Assembly (NCBI GenBank): GCA_040285855.1
Contig: JAUFOQ010000010.1
Coordinates: forward strand, 1,488,001 to 1,552,000
Source of the DNA: Eukaryota sp. GEM-RC1
Lineage: Eukaryota
Reading direction: 5' to 3'
DNA: 64,000 nucleotides
The notes beneath the pieces were generated by a model. The model searched no databases and was not told where the DNA came from. It was given only the letters and a program-made list of their open reading frames with translations. Shown piece after piece: positions 50,788 to 61,769 of this stretch (position 1 is its first letter; each line of letters starts with the position of its first letter). Made by a program: the position numbers and the translations under genes.

Positions 50788-51317
50788 AGATCACCCCATG
50801 ATAAGTCACACATGAACAAATATCAATGCGGTTTAGCAGTTGTTCATACACAGATTGATTTTCAGTTTTACCCGGTAATTAAGACTCGTCATATCGAAAA
50901 GTTCATTTGCTATTGTTTTCAACAACACCACTTATTAATTGGTATCTGGAAATGATGTAACATTATACTATATGTTTCGAAATATTTCGAATCACCGACA
51001 CATTGTCTCGTCATAAACACGGTTGTATTTTTTCTCAAAAAACAGCTTAATTGTCCTTGAGTTGAGTGATGCTTTGATTATTCTCAGTGATTTATAAGAT
51101 GTACAGTATCCTTTTGTATCTATTCCATAGATATTTTAGTCATGGTAATTTATTAAATATTGGTCAAAATTAGGTTGTTCGTTAGTTTCTGTTTTAGTGA
51201 TCTGTGATTTAATTGGAAATCTTGTCACACAATTGTCTTAACATACAAAGCAGGTTTTTGTTTATCTTAAATTGAGTTTATTATCTAACATTATCTAAGC
51301 TTCTGTTTACTGGATAT

Positions 51318-52205
51318 GTGTTCTATGAACCGGCTAGAATTTCCGATTTCTATCTACATTACAACTCAATTGGTAAAGAAGGCGCTATTGCAATTGCTGA
51401 AGCTTTGAAGGTGAATTCGTCTGTTTCTACGATTGGTCTAGGTAACAACTCAATTGGTCCTGAAGGTGCTATTGCAATTGCTGAAGCTTTGAAGGTGAAT
51501 TCTTCAGTTTCTACGATCAATCTACATAGCAACTCAATTGGTCCTGAAGGTGCTATTGCAATTGCTGAAGCTTTGAAGGTGAATTCTTCAGTTTCTACGA
51601 TCAATCTAGGTGGTAACTCAATTGGTAATGAAGGCGCTATTGCAATTGCTGAAGCTTTAAAGGTGAATTCTTCAGTTTCTACGATCGACCTATGTTTCAA
51701 CTCAATTGGTCCTGAAGGTGCTATTGCAATTGCTGAAGCTTTGAAGGTGAATTCTTCAGTTTCTACGATCAATCTACATAGCAACTCAATTGGTCCTGAA
51801 GGTGCTATTGCAATTGCTGAAGCTTTGAAGGTGAATTCTTCAGTTTCTACGATCAATCTAGGTGGTAACTCAATTGGTAATGAAGGCGCTATTGCAATTG
51901 CTGAAGCTTTAAAGGTGAATTTTTCAGTTTCTACGATCGACCTCTGTTTCAACTCAATTGGTCCTGAAGGTGCTATTGCAATTGCTGAAGCTTTGAAGGT
52001 GAATTCTTCAGTTTCTACGATCAATCTACATAGCAACTCAATTGGTCCTGAAGGTGCTATTGCAATTGCTGAAGCTTTGAAGGTGAATTCTTCAGTTTCT
52101 ACGATTTATCTACATAGCAACTCAATTAACAGTCAAACACAACAGTCGTTAAAATCACTGCACAAGAATAGAATTAGTTTCCAAAGATATTTTCCTCTGA
52201 TATAA
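51318..52205 (+). CDS. LRR-only cassette 5 (9 units), no in-frame ATG
   Basis: Order GHNDHNDHY. Confidence 0.7.
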   Translation: MFYEPARISDFYLHYNSIGKEGAIAIAEALKVNSSVSTIGLGNNSIGPEGAIAIAEALKVNSSVSTINLHSNSIGPEGAIAIAEALKVNSSVSTINLGGNSIGNEGAIAIAEALKVNSSVSTIDLCFNSIGPEGAIAIAEALKVNSSVSTINLHSNSIGPEGAIAIAEALKVNSSVSTINLGGNSIGNEGAIAIAEALKVNFSVSTIDLCFNSIGPEGAIAIAEALKVNSSVSTINLHSNSIGPEGAIAIAEALKVNSSVSTIYLHSNSINSQTQQSLKSLHKNRISFQRYFPLI

Positions 52206-52735
52206 AGATCACCCCATGATAAGTCACACATGAACAAATATCAATGCGGTTTAGCAGTTGTTCATACACAGATTGATTTTCAGTTTTACCCGGTAATTAA
52301 GACTCGTCATATCGAAAAGTTCATTTGCTATTGTTTTCAACAACACCACTTATTAATTGGTATCTGGAAATGATGTAACATTATACTATATGTTTCGAAA
52401 TATTTCGAATCACCGACACATTGTCTCGTCATAAACACGGTTGTATTTTTTCTCAAAAAACAGCTTAATTGTCCTTGAGTTGAGTGATGCTTTGATTATT
52501 CTCAGTGATTTATAAGATGTACAGTATCCTTTTGTATCTATTCCATAGATATTTTAGTCATGGTAATTTATTAAATATTGGTCAAAATTAGGTTGTTCGT
52601 TAGTTTCTGTTTTAGTGATCTGTGATTTAATTGGAAATCTTGTCACACAATTGTCTTAACATACAAAGCAGGTTTTTGTTTATCTTAAATTGAGTTTATT
52701 ATCTAACATTATCTAAGCTTCTGTTTACTGGATAT

Positions 52736-54799
52736 GTGTTCTATGAACCGGCTAGAATTTCCGATTTCTATCTACATTACAACTCAATTGGTAAAGAAGG
52801 CGCTATTGCAATTGCTGAAGCTTTGAAGGTGAATTCGTCTGTTTCTACGATTGGTCTAGGTAACAACTCAATTGGTCCTGAAGGTGCTATTGCAATTGCT
52901 GAAGCTTTGAAGGTGAATTCTTCAGTTTCTACGATCAATCTACATAGCAACTCAATTGGTCCTGAAGGTGCTATTGCAATTGCTGAAGCTTTGAAGGTGA
53001 ATTCTTCAGTTTCTACGATCAATCTAGGTGGTAACTCAATTGGTAATGAAGGCGCTATTGCAATTGCTGAAGCTTTAAAGATGAATTCTTCAGTTTCTAC
53101 GATCGACCTATGTTTCAACTCAATTGGTCCTGAAGGTGCTATTGCAATTGCTGAAGCTTTGAAGGTGAATTCTTCAGTTTCTACGATCAATCTACATAGC
53201 AACTCAATTGGTCCTGAAGGTGCTATTGCAATTGCTGAAGCTTTGAAGGTGAATTCTTCAGTTTCTACGATCAATCTAGGTGGTAACTCAATTGGTAATG
53301 AAGGCGCTATTGCAATTGCTGAAGCTTTAAAGGTGAATTTTTCAGTTTCTACGATCGACCTCTGTTTCAACTCAATTGGTCCTGAAGGTGCTATTGCAAT
53401 TGCTGAAGCTTTGAAGGTGAATTCTTCAGTTTCTACGATCAATCTACATAGCAACTCAATTGGTCCTGAAGGTGCTATTGCAATTGCTGAAGCTTTGAAG
53501 GTGAATTCTTCAGTTTCTACGATTTATCTACATAGCAACTCAATTGGTCCTGAAGGTGCTATTGCAATTGCTGAAGCTTTGAAGGTGAATTCTTCAGTTT
53601 CTACGATTTATCTACATAGCAACTCAATTGGTCCTGAAGGTGCTATTGCAATTGCTGAAGCTTTGAAGGTGAATTCTTCAGTTTCTACGATCAATCTAGG
53701 TGGTAACTCAATTGGTAATGAAGGCGCTATTGCAATTGCTGAAGCTTTAAAGGTGAATTCTTCAGTTTCTACGATCAATCTACATAGCAACTCAATTGGT
53801 CCTGAAGGTGCTATTGCAATTGCTGAAGCTTTGAAGGTGAATTCTTCAGTTTCTACGATCAATCTATATTACAACTCAGTTGGTCCTGAAGGCGCTACTG
53901 CAATTGCTGAAGCTTTGAAGGTGAATTCTTCAGTTTCTGCGATTTATCTACATAGCAACTCAATTGGTCCTGAAGGTGCTATTGCAATTGCTGAAGCTTT
54001 GAAGGTGAATTCTTCAGTTTCTGCGATTTATCTACATAGCAACTCAATTGGTCCTGAAGGTGCTATTGCAATTGCTGAAGCTTTGAAGGTGAATTCTTCA
54101 GTTTCTACGATCAATCTACATAGCAACTCAATTGGTCCTGAAGGTGCTATTGCAATTGCTGAAGCTTTGAAGGTGAATTCTTCAGTTTCTACGATCAATC
54201 TACATAGCAACTCAATTGGTCCTGAAGGTGCTATTGCAATTGCTGAAGCTTTGAAGGTGAATTCTTCAGTTTCTACGATCAATCTAGGTGGTAACTCAAT
54301 TGGTAATGAAGGCGCTATTGCAATTGCTGAAGCTTTAAAGGTGAATTCTTCAGTTTCTACGATCGACCTATGTTTCAACTCAATTGGTCCTGAAGGTGCT
54401 ATTGCAATTGCTGAAGCTTTGAAGGTGAATTCTTCAGTTTCTACGATCAATCTACATAGCAACTCAATTGGTCCTGAAGGTGCTATTGCAATTGCTGAAG
54501 CTTTGAAGGTGAATTCTTCAGTTTCTACGATTTATCTACATAGCAACTCAATTGGTCCTGAAGGTGCTATTGCAATTGCTGAAGCTTTGAAGGTGAATTC
54601 TTCAGTTTCTACGATTTATCTACATAGCAACTCAATTGGTCCTGAAGGTGCTATTGCAATTGCTGAAGCTTTGAAGGTGAATTCTTCAGTTTCTACGATC
54701 AATCTACATAGCAACTCAATTAACAGTCAAACACAACAGTCGTTAAAATCACTGCACAAGAATAGAATTAGTTTTCAAAGATATTTTCCTCTGATATAA
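52736..54799 (+). CDS. LRR-only cassette 6 (23 units), chimeric
   Basis: Order GHNDHNDHYYNHWYYHHNDHYYH. Its only in-frame ATG is an internal GTG>ATG change at 53081. Confidence 0.7.
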   Translation: MFYEPARISDFYLHYNSIGKEGAIAIAEALKVNSSVSTIGLGNNSIGPEGAIAIAEALKVNSSVSTINLHSNSIGPEGAIAIAEALKVNSSVSTINLGGNSIGNEGAIAIAEALKMNSSVSTIDLCFNSIGPEGAIAIAEALKVNSSVSTINLHSNSIGPEGAIAIAEALKVNSSVSTINLGGNSIGNEGAIAIAEALKVNFSVSTIDLCFNSIGPEGAIAIAEALKVNSSVSTINLHSNSIGPEGAIAIAEALKVNSSVSTIYLHSNSIGPEGAIAIAEALKVNSSVSTIYLHSNSIGPEGAIAIAEALKVNSSVSTINLGGNSIGNEGAIAIAEALKVNSSVSTINLHSNSIGPEGAIAIAEALKVNSSVSTINLYYNSVGPEGATAIAEALKVNSSVSAIYLHSNSIGPEGAIAIAEALKVNSSVSAIYLHSNSIGPEGAIAIAEALKVNSSVSTINLHSNSIGPEGAIAIAEALKVNSSVSTINLHSNSIGPEGAIAIAEALKVNSSVSTINLGGNSIGNEGAIAIAEALKVNSSVSTIDLCFNSIGPEGAIAIAEALKVNSSVSTINLHSNSIGPEGAIAIAEALKVNSSVSTIYLHSNSIGPEGAIAIAEALKVNSSVSTIYLHSNSIGPEGAIAIAEALKVNSSVSTINLHSNSINSQTQQSLKSLHKNRISFQRYFPLI

Positions 54800-55329
54800 A
54801 GATCACCCCATGATAAGTCACACATGAACAAATATCAATGCGGTTTAGCAGTTGTTCATACACAGATTGATTTTCAGTTTTACCCGGTAATTAAGACTCG
54901 TCATATCGAAAAGTTCATTTGCTATTGTTTTCAACAACACCACGTATTAATTGGTATCTGGAAATGATGTAACATTATACTATATGTTTCGAAATATTTC
55001 GAATCACCGACACATTGTCTCGTCATAAACACGGTTGTATTTTTTCTCAAAAAACAGCTTAATTGTCCTTGAGTTGAGTGATGCTTTGATTATTCTCAGT
55101 GATTTATAAGATGTACAGTATCCTTTTGTATCTATTCCATAGATATTTTAGTCATGGTAATTTATTAAATATTGGTCAAAATTAGGTTGTTCGTTAGTTT
55201 CTGTTTTAGTGATCTGTGATTTAATTGGAAATCTTGTCACACAATTGTCTTAACATACAAAGCAGGTTTTTGTTTATCTTAAATTGAGTTTATTATCTAA
55301 CATTATCTAAGCTTCTGTTTACTGGATAT

Positions 55330-56301
55330 GTGTTCTATGAACCGGCTAGAATTTCCGATTTCTATCTACATTACAACTCAATTGGTAAAGAAGGCGCTAT
55401 TGCAATTGCTGAAGCTTTGAAGGTGAATTCGTCTGTTTCTACGATTGGTCTAGGTAACAACTCAATTGGTCCTGAAGGTGCTATTGCAATTGCTGAAGCT
55501 TTGAAGGTGAATTCTTCAGTTTCTACGATCAATCTACATAGCAACTCAATTGGTCCTGAAGGTGCTATTGCAATTGCTGAAGCTTTGAAGGTGAATTCTT
55601 CAGTTTCTACGATCAATCTAGGTGGTAACTCAATTGGTAATGAAGGCGCTATTGCAATTGCTGAAGCTTTAAAGGTGAATTCTTCAGTTTCTACGATCGA
55701 CCTATGTTTCAACTCAATTGGTCCTGAAGGTGCTATTGCAATTGCTGAAGCTTTGAAGGTGAATTCCTCAGTTTCTACGATCAATCTACATAGCAACTCA
55801 ATTGGTCCTGAAGGTGCTATTGCAATTGCTGAAGCTTTGAAGGTGAATTCTTCAGTTTCTACGATCAATCTAGGTGGTAACTCAATTGGTAATGAAGGCG
55901 CTATTGCAATTGCTGAAGCTTTAAAGGTGAATTTTTCAGTTTCTACGATCGACCTATGTTTCAACTCAATTGGTCCTGAAGGTGCTATTGCAATTGCTGA
56001 AGCTTTGAAGGTGAATTCTTCAGTTTCTACGATCAATCTACATAGCAACTCAATTGGTCCTGAAGGTGCTATTGCAATTGCTGAAGCTTTGAAGGTGAAT
56101 TCTTCAGTTTCTACGATTTATCTACATAGCAACTCAATTGGACCTGAAGGTGCTATTGCAATTGCTGAAGCTTTGAAGGTGAATTCTTCAGTTTCTACGA
56201 TTTATCTACATAGCAACTCAATTAACAGTCAAACACAACAGTCGTTAAAATCACTGCACAAGAATAGAATTAGTTTCCAAAGATATTTTCCTCTGATATA
56301 A
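55330..56301 (+). CDS. LRR-only cassette 7 (10 units), same protein as cassette 4
   Basis: Order GHNDHNDHYY; a synonymous TCT>TCC change near 55767 distinguishes it from cassette 4. Confidence 0.7.
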   Translation: MFYEPARISDFYLHYNSIGKEGAIAIAEALKVNSSVSTIGLGNNSIGPEGAIAIAEALKVNSSVSTINLHSNSIGPEGAIAIAEALKVNSSVSTINLGGNSIGNEGAIAIAEALKVNSSVSTIDLCFNSIGPEGAIAIAEALKVNSSVSTINLHSNSIGPEGAIAIAEALKVNSSVSTINLGGNSIGNEGAIAIAEALKVNFSVSTIDLCFNSIGPEGAIAIAEALKVNSSVSTINLHSNSIGPEGAIAIAEALKVNSSVSTIYLHSNSIGPEGAIAIAEALKVNSSVSTIYLHSNSINSQTQQSLKSLHKNRISFQRYFPLI

Positions 56302-56603
56302 AGATCACCCCATGATAAGTCACACATGAACAAATATCAATGCGGTTTAGCAGTTGTTCAAACACAGATTGATTTTCAGTTTTACCCGGTAATTAAGACT
56401 CGTCATATCGAAAAGTTCATTTGCTATTGTTTTCAACCACACCACGTATTAATTGGTATCTGGAAATGATGTAACATTATACTATATGTTTCGAAATATT
56501 TCGAATCACCGACACATTGTTTCGTCATAAACACGGTTGTATTTTTTCTCAAAAAACAGCTTAATTGTCCTTGAGTTGAGTGATGCTTTGATTATTCTCA
56601 GTG

Positions 56604-57787
56604 ACTCTAACAACGTAGATATTAAGTGAACGTTACCAATGGAATCGATAAGCTCGAAAATTTTGAAAACTTCAACCCGATACTCATCTGGAAAATTTAA
56701 AAGTTCACTGGTTTTTGAGTCCAAATGATGGTCATTCTTGTAAAGCTCAATTAAACATTTAAACAACCAAACAGGATCAACAACAGGTAACAGAGAAGTG
56801 ATAAAAGAAACTCTTAGGGGGAAAGGTTGTTCATATTCCATTTCTTCAAAAATTTCAAAAAGCTCCGAATTTTGATCAACGAAGTAGAATTGGTTATGTT
56901 CATTAGAAATTTTTAAGAGAGATAAAACATCTTCTTCTGAAAAGAATTCGAATCAAGAAAGTTTTGGCAAGCTGATTCCAACTGGTCTACTTGGAAATAA
57001 ACTGCTAATTGAAAAAGTTGTAAAATATTTGAAATTTTGAAATCAATGAAATTCTGGTAATGAAAAAGGTCGAAAAAAAGACACAAAACATCTTCAGATA
57101 CGCCCGAAAATTCATCAGTATATTCAAAAATTCTCACGTTTGAATCTTCAAAATCACAAGTAAATACATTCTGAAACATTTTTGAAAACGAAATCAATAG
57201 AACAGAATTCAATTTAATAGATGCATTGTTGTAAGAAACATGTACATCTTTAGTGCAAGCTTCTACAATTTTTAAAACTATCTTTTTGAGTCTAATTTAA
57301 AATTGTTACTCTCAAAGTTTGTAAGTCCATTTGTTATTCTCTCAGTAACAAACTCACTTAACTCCTGGAACTGAAGAAGAGAAGCAATGATAGAAAGCGT
57401 AGGGACATTTTCAGGAGTAACAGTAAGTGATTGTCCATAGAGAGTTGACAGGACTGAGAAGAAGATATCAGGATCTGTAAGAAAAGGAAATAGTGGGAAT
57501 TCTACTGTGGTAGAGTACAGACTCTTCTCCCTAAGAACAGGACTGAAAGCACCGACGACGAAGGAATGACAGTGGAAAGAGTTGCCATCGTAGGTAATGA
57601 CAGTGTCAGTAAGATGGTTGTCTCTTTGAAGGGAATAGAGGTTGTTGCAGAAGCAATCTTAAGGGAAGCAATAAGTATTTGGAAGGTCAAGACTATCTAG
57701 AACTCGAGGGCGTTTAGAAGGAGGACTTTTGACGTCAGTGTTGTTGGAAGTTTTAGAAGAGAGTCGAGCATCCCTTGAACTGGGCAT
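56604..57787 (-). pseudogene. BTB-BTB protein paralog, 3'-truncated at the LRR array boundary
   Basis: Colinear with 15722-14525. In-frame TAA near 57660 (TCA in the paralog) and shifts. Homology stops after ISTLLE at 56604. Confidence 0.85.
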
Positions 57788-58471
57788 AGTGACTAAGATG
57801 AATAGGCAAAGTACAGTGCAAAGACAGTTAACTACTTACTGTAGACAACACTGTAAATGGTGGTTCAATTAGTTGTATGTTCAATCCAAATCATAAAACA
57901 TAGGTTAGTTGACATGACATCATCAAACGACCAACAAGTGGAGTCAGTGTGACTCGTGCCGTCTCCTAACTCACATTGAAAGAGATACTGTGATTGCTTC
58001 TGTTCACCATAAAGCACAACACTTAATTACAGAAGAGATCACAGCAGCTGGTTTTCTGACCACCATGAGCCAACATCCCAACACGAATCTCCGATGATCG
58101 TCGAAAATATCTTCGTCTGATAATTATGTGTGTAAATCTAAACATGACATTATACTGTATTCAAATTTAAACCTCATTTGCAGAATAATCGCCAGTGATG
58201 ACAGCTGGACAGTACTTACATTCAACTCTGGGATCATGGTTTCCACATCCATTATCCGGAGTTTGGTCTTGAAGAACAATATTTTGAATATGTTTTGAAC
58301 TTAACCACCAAATCAGCCGTTTTGAAACTCAAAGTCATCTTTACATTTTCATTCAATAAATTCAATTGATTTAAATTTCTTTGGCAACATCCTTATTGCG
58401 AGCAAAGACGATAGTTGAATTTTGGACATTCTTTTCTAGTGATTAGTACTTTAACAAAATGCTCTTCATAT

Positions 58472-61400
58472 ATTTATCAAACGAACCAGAATTGTGAAAA
58501 TATTAGTTCTTTTGAAGCGGCTGGTATGTTCTCGTTTCTTCCAATAACTGTTTAATGATTGTATATAGCTTTCAATAAATCCACATGAGGGTACTTCAAT
58601 CATGAATATGGCATTAATGACCAAAATAAGGTCAATGGCAGTAGATATTGAACGTGATTTCCTCTTCGTGCGAAGCTATTGAGTGGATGAGAAATACAAA
58701 GGTGTCCCTGTTTTTGGTGTAGCAAAGGGTTCGTTTTTGCCAATAATTGAATAAAAGTAATGTTACTTTAGAAAAGATGAATAAGCTAGATGGTAAAACA
58801 ACAACAACAGTTTAAATTACTGAGAATAACTTAAGGTAACGTAAGGTAAAGAATAATATTATTCTTGTTTGACTATTAGTGAGTTTACTATAATCTTGAC
58901 AGAAATCCTTCAAATACTACAGTAATGTCCATTTCCTTGAATGATTGCTCCTCTTCCATTGTTTTTGGTGAAGGAAGAACATTGTGAAATCTTGTCTTAT
59001 AGAACCTAGACATGCATCTGCTCTTCTGATTCTATCTACTCCATCGATCTGGGTATTCACCTCTCTCACGTTACTTCTCGCCTCATAACTACCATCTCTG
59101 CTATGAGTTCTACAATCCTTACAATCTCATCCTCCTCACTTATCAAATTGCTATGGATTACTTGGAGGAGTTATCATTCTCCACGATTCCAGTCTCAAAG
59201 CGTCTTCTTCTTTCATCCATCATACTAGTGATGATGCACTCTATGCTTTCCAAAAGTCATCTGCCTCTGTTCATAACATCACTTATCACATCACTTCTGC
59301 TGATGGTGACCTCTTCTATGTGTATTTCTCCCCTTTCTACGGCTTCTTCATCAACTCTTCCTACAGTCATGCCAAGAATGGTGATGTCGATTTCCTTGTC
59401 AAATATACTCTGCTCTTTGCTTTTGCTGAACTCCAGTTTCTCCTCTGCTGAGGAGAGGATGCTGGTTATATCGACGGTTTTTGGTCTTTGAAGTTGACAT
59501 TATCAGTGTGTCTGATGTTTACCAGAGTACCATTGAGTTCTTCTAAAAAACTACCAAATTAACTTATCCCAAAGAGTGTTTGCTGACGTTATCAACACGT
59601 GTCAGTAACACGTGTTTTCCTCATTTGGTCAGCTACTTCCCCGTATTACTCTGATGATGTGTATATTGTTAATCTCAGAATCATCTATACCAATTAGATT
59701 GACCATGATCTCTTCTTGTTTCCATTTTACTTGTTTCAACGATATTTTGAGTGATCACATCATCACACGTGTTTTGGGCGTGTTAAATTTTTGTCTGCAT
59801 TTTTAATTTTTATTGGTGGAATAATCTGGTACCGTATCACACGTGTTTTTGGTGGCTCTTTTTAGTATCACTTCACAATGTTTTGTACCCTGTTTAAAAA
59901 TCATGTTCTGGACCAGTTGGTGTTTTTACAGTCTAAGGTTTACATGGTCATCTTCTTTGTGTAGTTCTATGCAGTGGAGAAAGAAATTTTCCACACTGAG
60001 AATTTCACTATTTCACGAATTTCCATACATCATTCATATTTAGTTTTTTTATTTAGATTATTTTTAGTTCAGTTCGATTTAGCAAAAATCTCCTAGATCT
60101 ATGTATCTTAGATCTTTGTATATCGTTGGAGTTTTGATATACGGGCCAGAGTTTTAGCCATATTGGGACAATTTCAAGGTTTGAGAGGATGGCTTTGACT
60201 ATAGCTTTGTCAGACAAGGCATTCATAGTTTTGTCGTTGTCTAGAAGAATTGCTTGTGTTCTCTGGAAAACGCGATGTAATCGGTTGATGAAATCACCCC
60301 ATCGTTCCTCTGGGTCGTTGATTGACCAGTTCATTTTGACTTTGTTTATCTCATTGAGCGCAAGAGTTACGTCTGTAAACTGTGTACGTTTAAGCAATGC
60401 TATCCAAAGTTGAAGAGGGGTGGTACCGTTCCATTCGCGTGACATAGACAATTGAGTCTGGATGTTGAATTTTACGAACCGTTGAATATACGAAGGGATC
60501 ATAACCACTGTTCGAACAAAGTCGAAGAAGTGGCGTGTTGAATGTTAGGAGTCGAAACAATTCTGATCTAACTTACACTTAGTAATGAAGGCTTGAGCTC
60601 TAGTATGACCTTTTTGTTTGGACGAGCTTTAAAGAGCACGTGCAGCACGTTGAGGAACTTGGATTCTATTTCTAAGCATGAGCAATCTACAATAACAGCA
60701 ATCAGAGTTTTCACAAAAGACCAATTTTGTAAAATTGTCTTTTTGACTTTTTCGTAGTTGATAACGGTAATATAGATCATTCGGTACACCGTTTGCTTGA
60801 ATTGTAACATCCTTCACAAACAACACTACCCAGGAATTTTACGCACTTAGAGGAGTATCCAAAGTATCGTTCAGCTCTTTCAGTTGTCCAACCGAGATGC
60901 TGCGACATTCCTCTTTCAAGCTGGCTTTCTTAAAGGCTAATATATTCAGCAGAGTTGACGTTTTCCAGAGAAACTCCGATAGAGAATGTATACAGTTTTC
61001 TTTTGTCGTTGTCAGTAGTTGACCAGTTCAACACCCATCCACTAATGGTCTCTGCGGTAACAGATAAATTCGTACGTTCCACCACATTCAAACAAAAACT
61101 TGGGATCTGCGTCAGGATGTGCAAGTAATTGGTGATGTTGAACGAGAGAGTTATAAACGGAGATGAAAATGTCCTGGAGGTTAGTTGGCTTGATATAATA
61201 TTCTTTGTAAATGCTCTGATAATTGAGTAGCACGCTGATATGAAGAGTCATTCAACGCCTTGAAAAAGATGGGACTTAATAGTTCAAGAATCATGCCAGA
61301 CTGTACTGAAAGAAAACTTTGTAAGGATTGAAACCCTCTTTCAGGACGAAACTGGATAACCAAAGGTATGATATTCTCATTAGAGTTGGTGATTGTCTTG

Positions 61401-61680
61401 ACCAAACAGTTAGCATGTTTGTCACCTGAAGTTTAGAAATCACAAAAAGACATCCATGTTTGGCGGGACATATTAACGGGCGAGGAAAATCGCTTCCAAT
61501 CAATGAACGTAGTAGTTCATTCGAACTATTGTGATTGGGTCTCAAAGAGACCCAGTTGATTCTCAAATCCGATAACAGAGATGATTCACCTTGGGGATCT
61601 AACTTCTTTAGCATGACGTCGGCAGTTAGCCTTGTGGGGACATGTTTACGTTCGTGTTGGTGCACTGTGTTAGCCAAAGG
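58472..61680 (-). repeat. Dispersed repeat (copy 2, longer), decayed, gag-like segment at 60053-60508
   Basis: 58472-61188 matches 32366-35020; 61200-61465 matches 24540-24835. Right boundary approximate. Confidence 0.8.
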
Positions 61681-61769
61681 TAATTGTATAGTATCAAGTA
61701 GGATTATTTCACTTTATAAACACCTTTATCTTACCTCTTTCACCAACAGGTATCAATAATTATTGTCTT

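Larger units (their letters stand above)
42106..56604 (+). repeat. Two-level tandem array: 84-bp LRR units within cassette-plus-spacer macro-repeats
   Basis: Unit AACTCAATTGGTCCTGAAGGTGCTATTGCAATTGCTGAAGCTTTGAAGGTGAATTCTTCAGTTTCTACGAT(Y)NNNCTANNNNNN. Six 530-bp spacers, one 410-bp spacer and a final spacer truncated at 56604. Confidence 0.97.

Noticed and set aside
42196..56048. Long antisense ORFs (IVETEEFTFKASAIAIAPSGPIEL repeats)
   Set aside because: They are shadows of the sense LRR repeat and break wherever a YL or YY module creates a stop.
42106..56220. CRISPR-like pattern of a constant repeat with a short variable insert
   Set aside because: The 84-bp period is an in-frame 28-aa LRR, the variable part is about 12 nt from a small reused set, and no cas genes are present.
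61685..61756. TG...CA followed by GGTATCA as LTR plus iMet primer-binding site
   Set aside because: The putative LTR would be only about 64 bp, the PBS match is partial, and there is no second LTR in the window.
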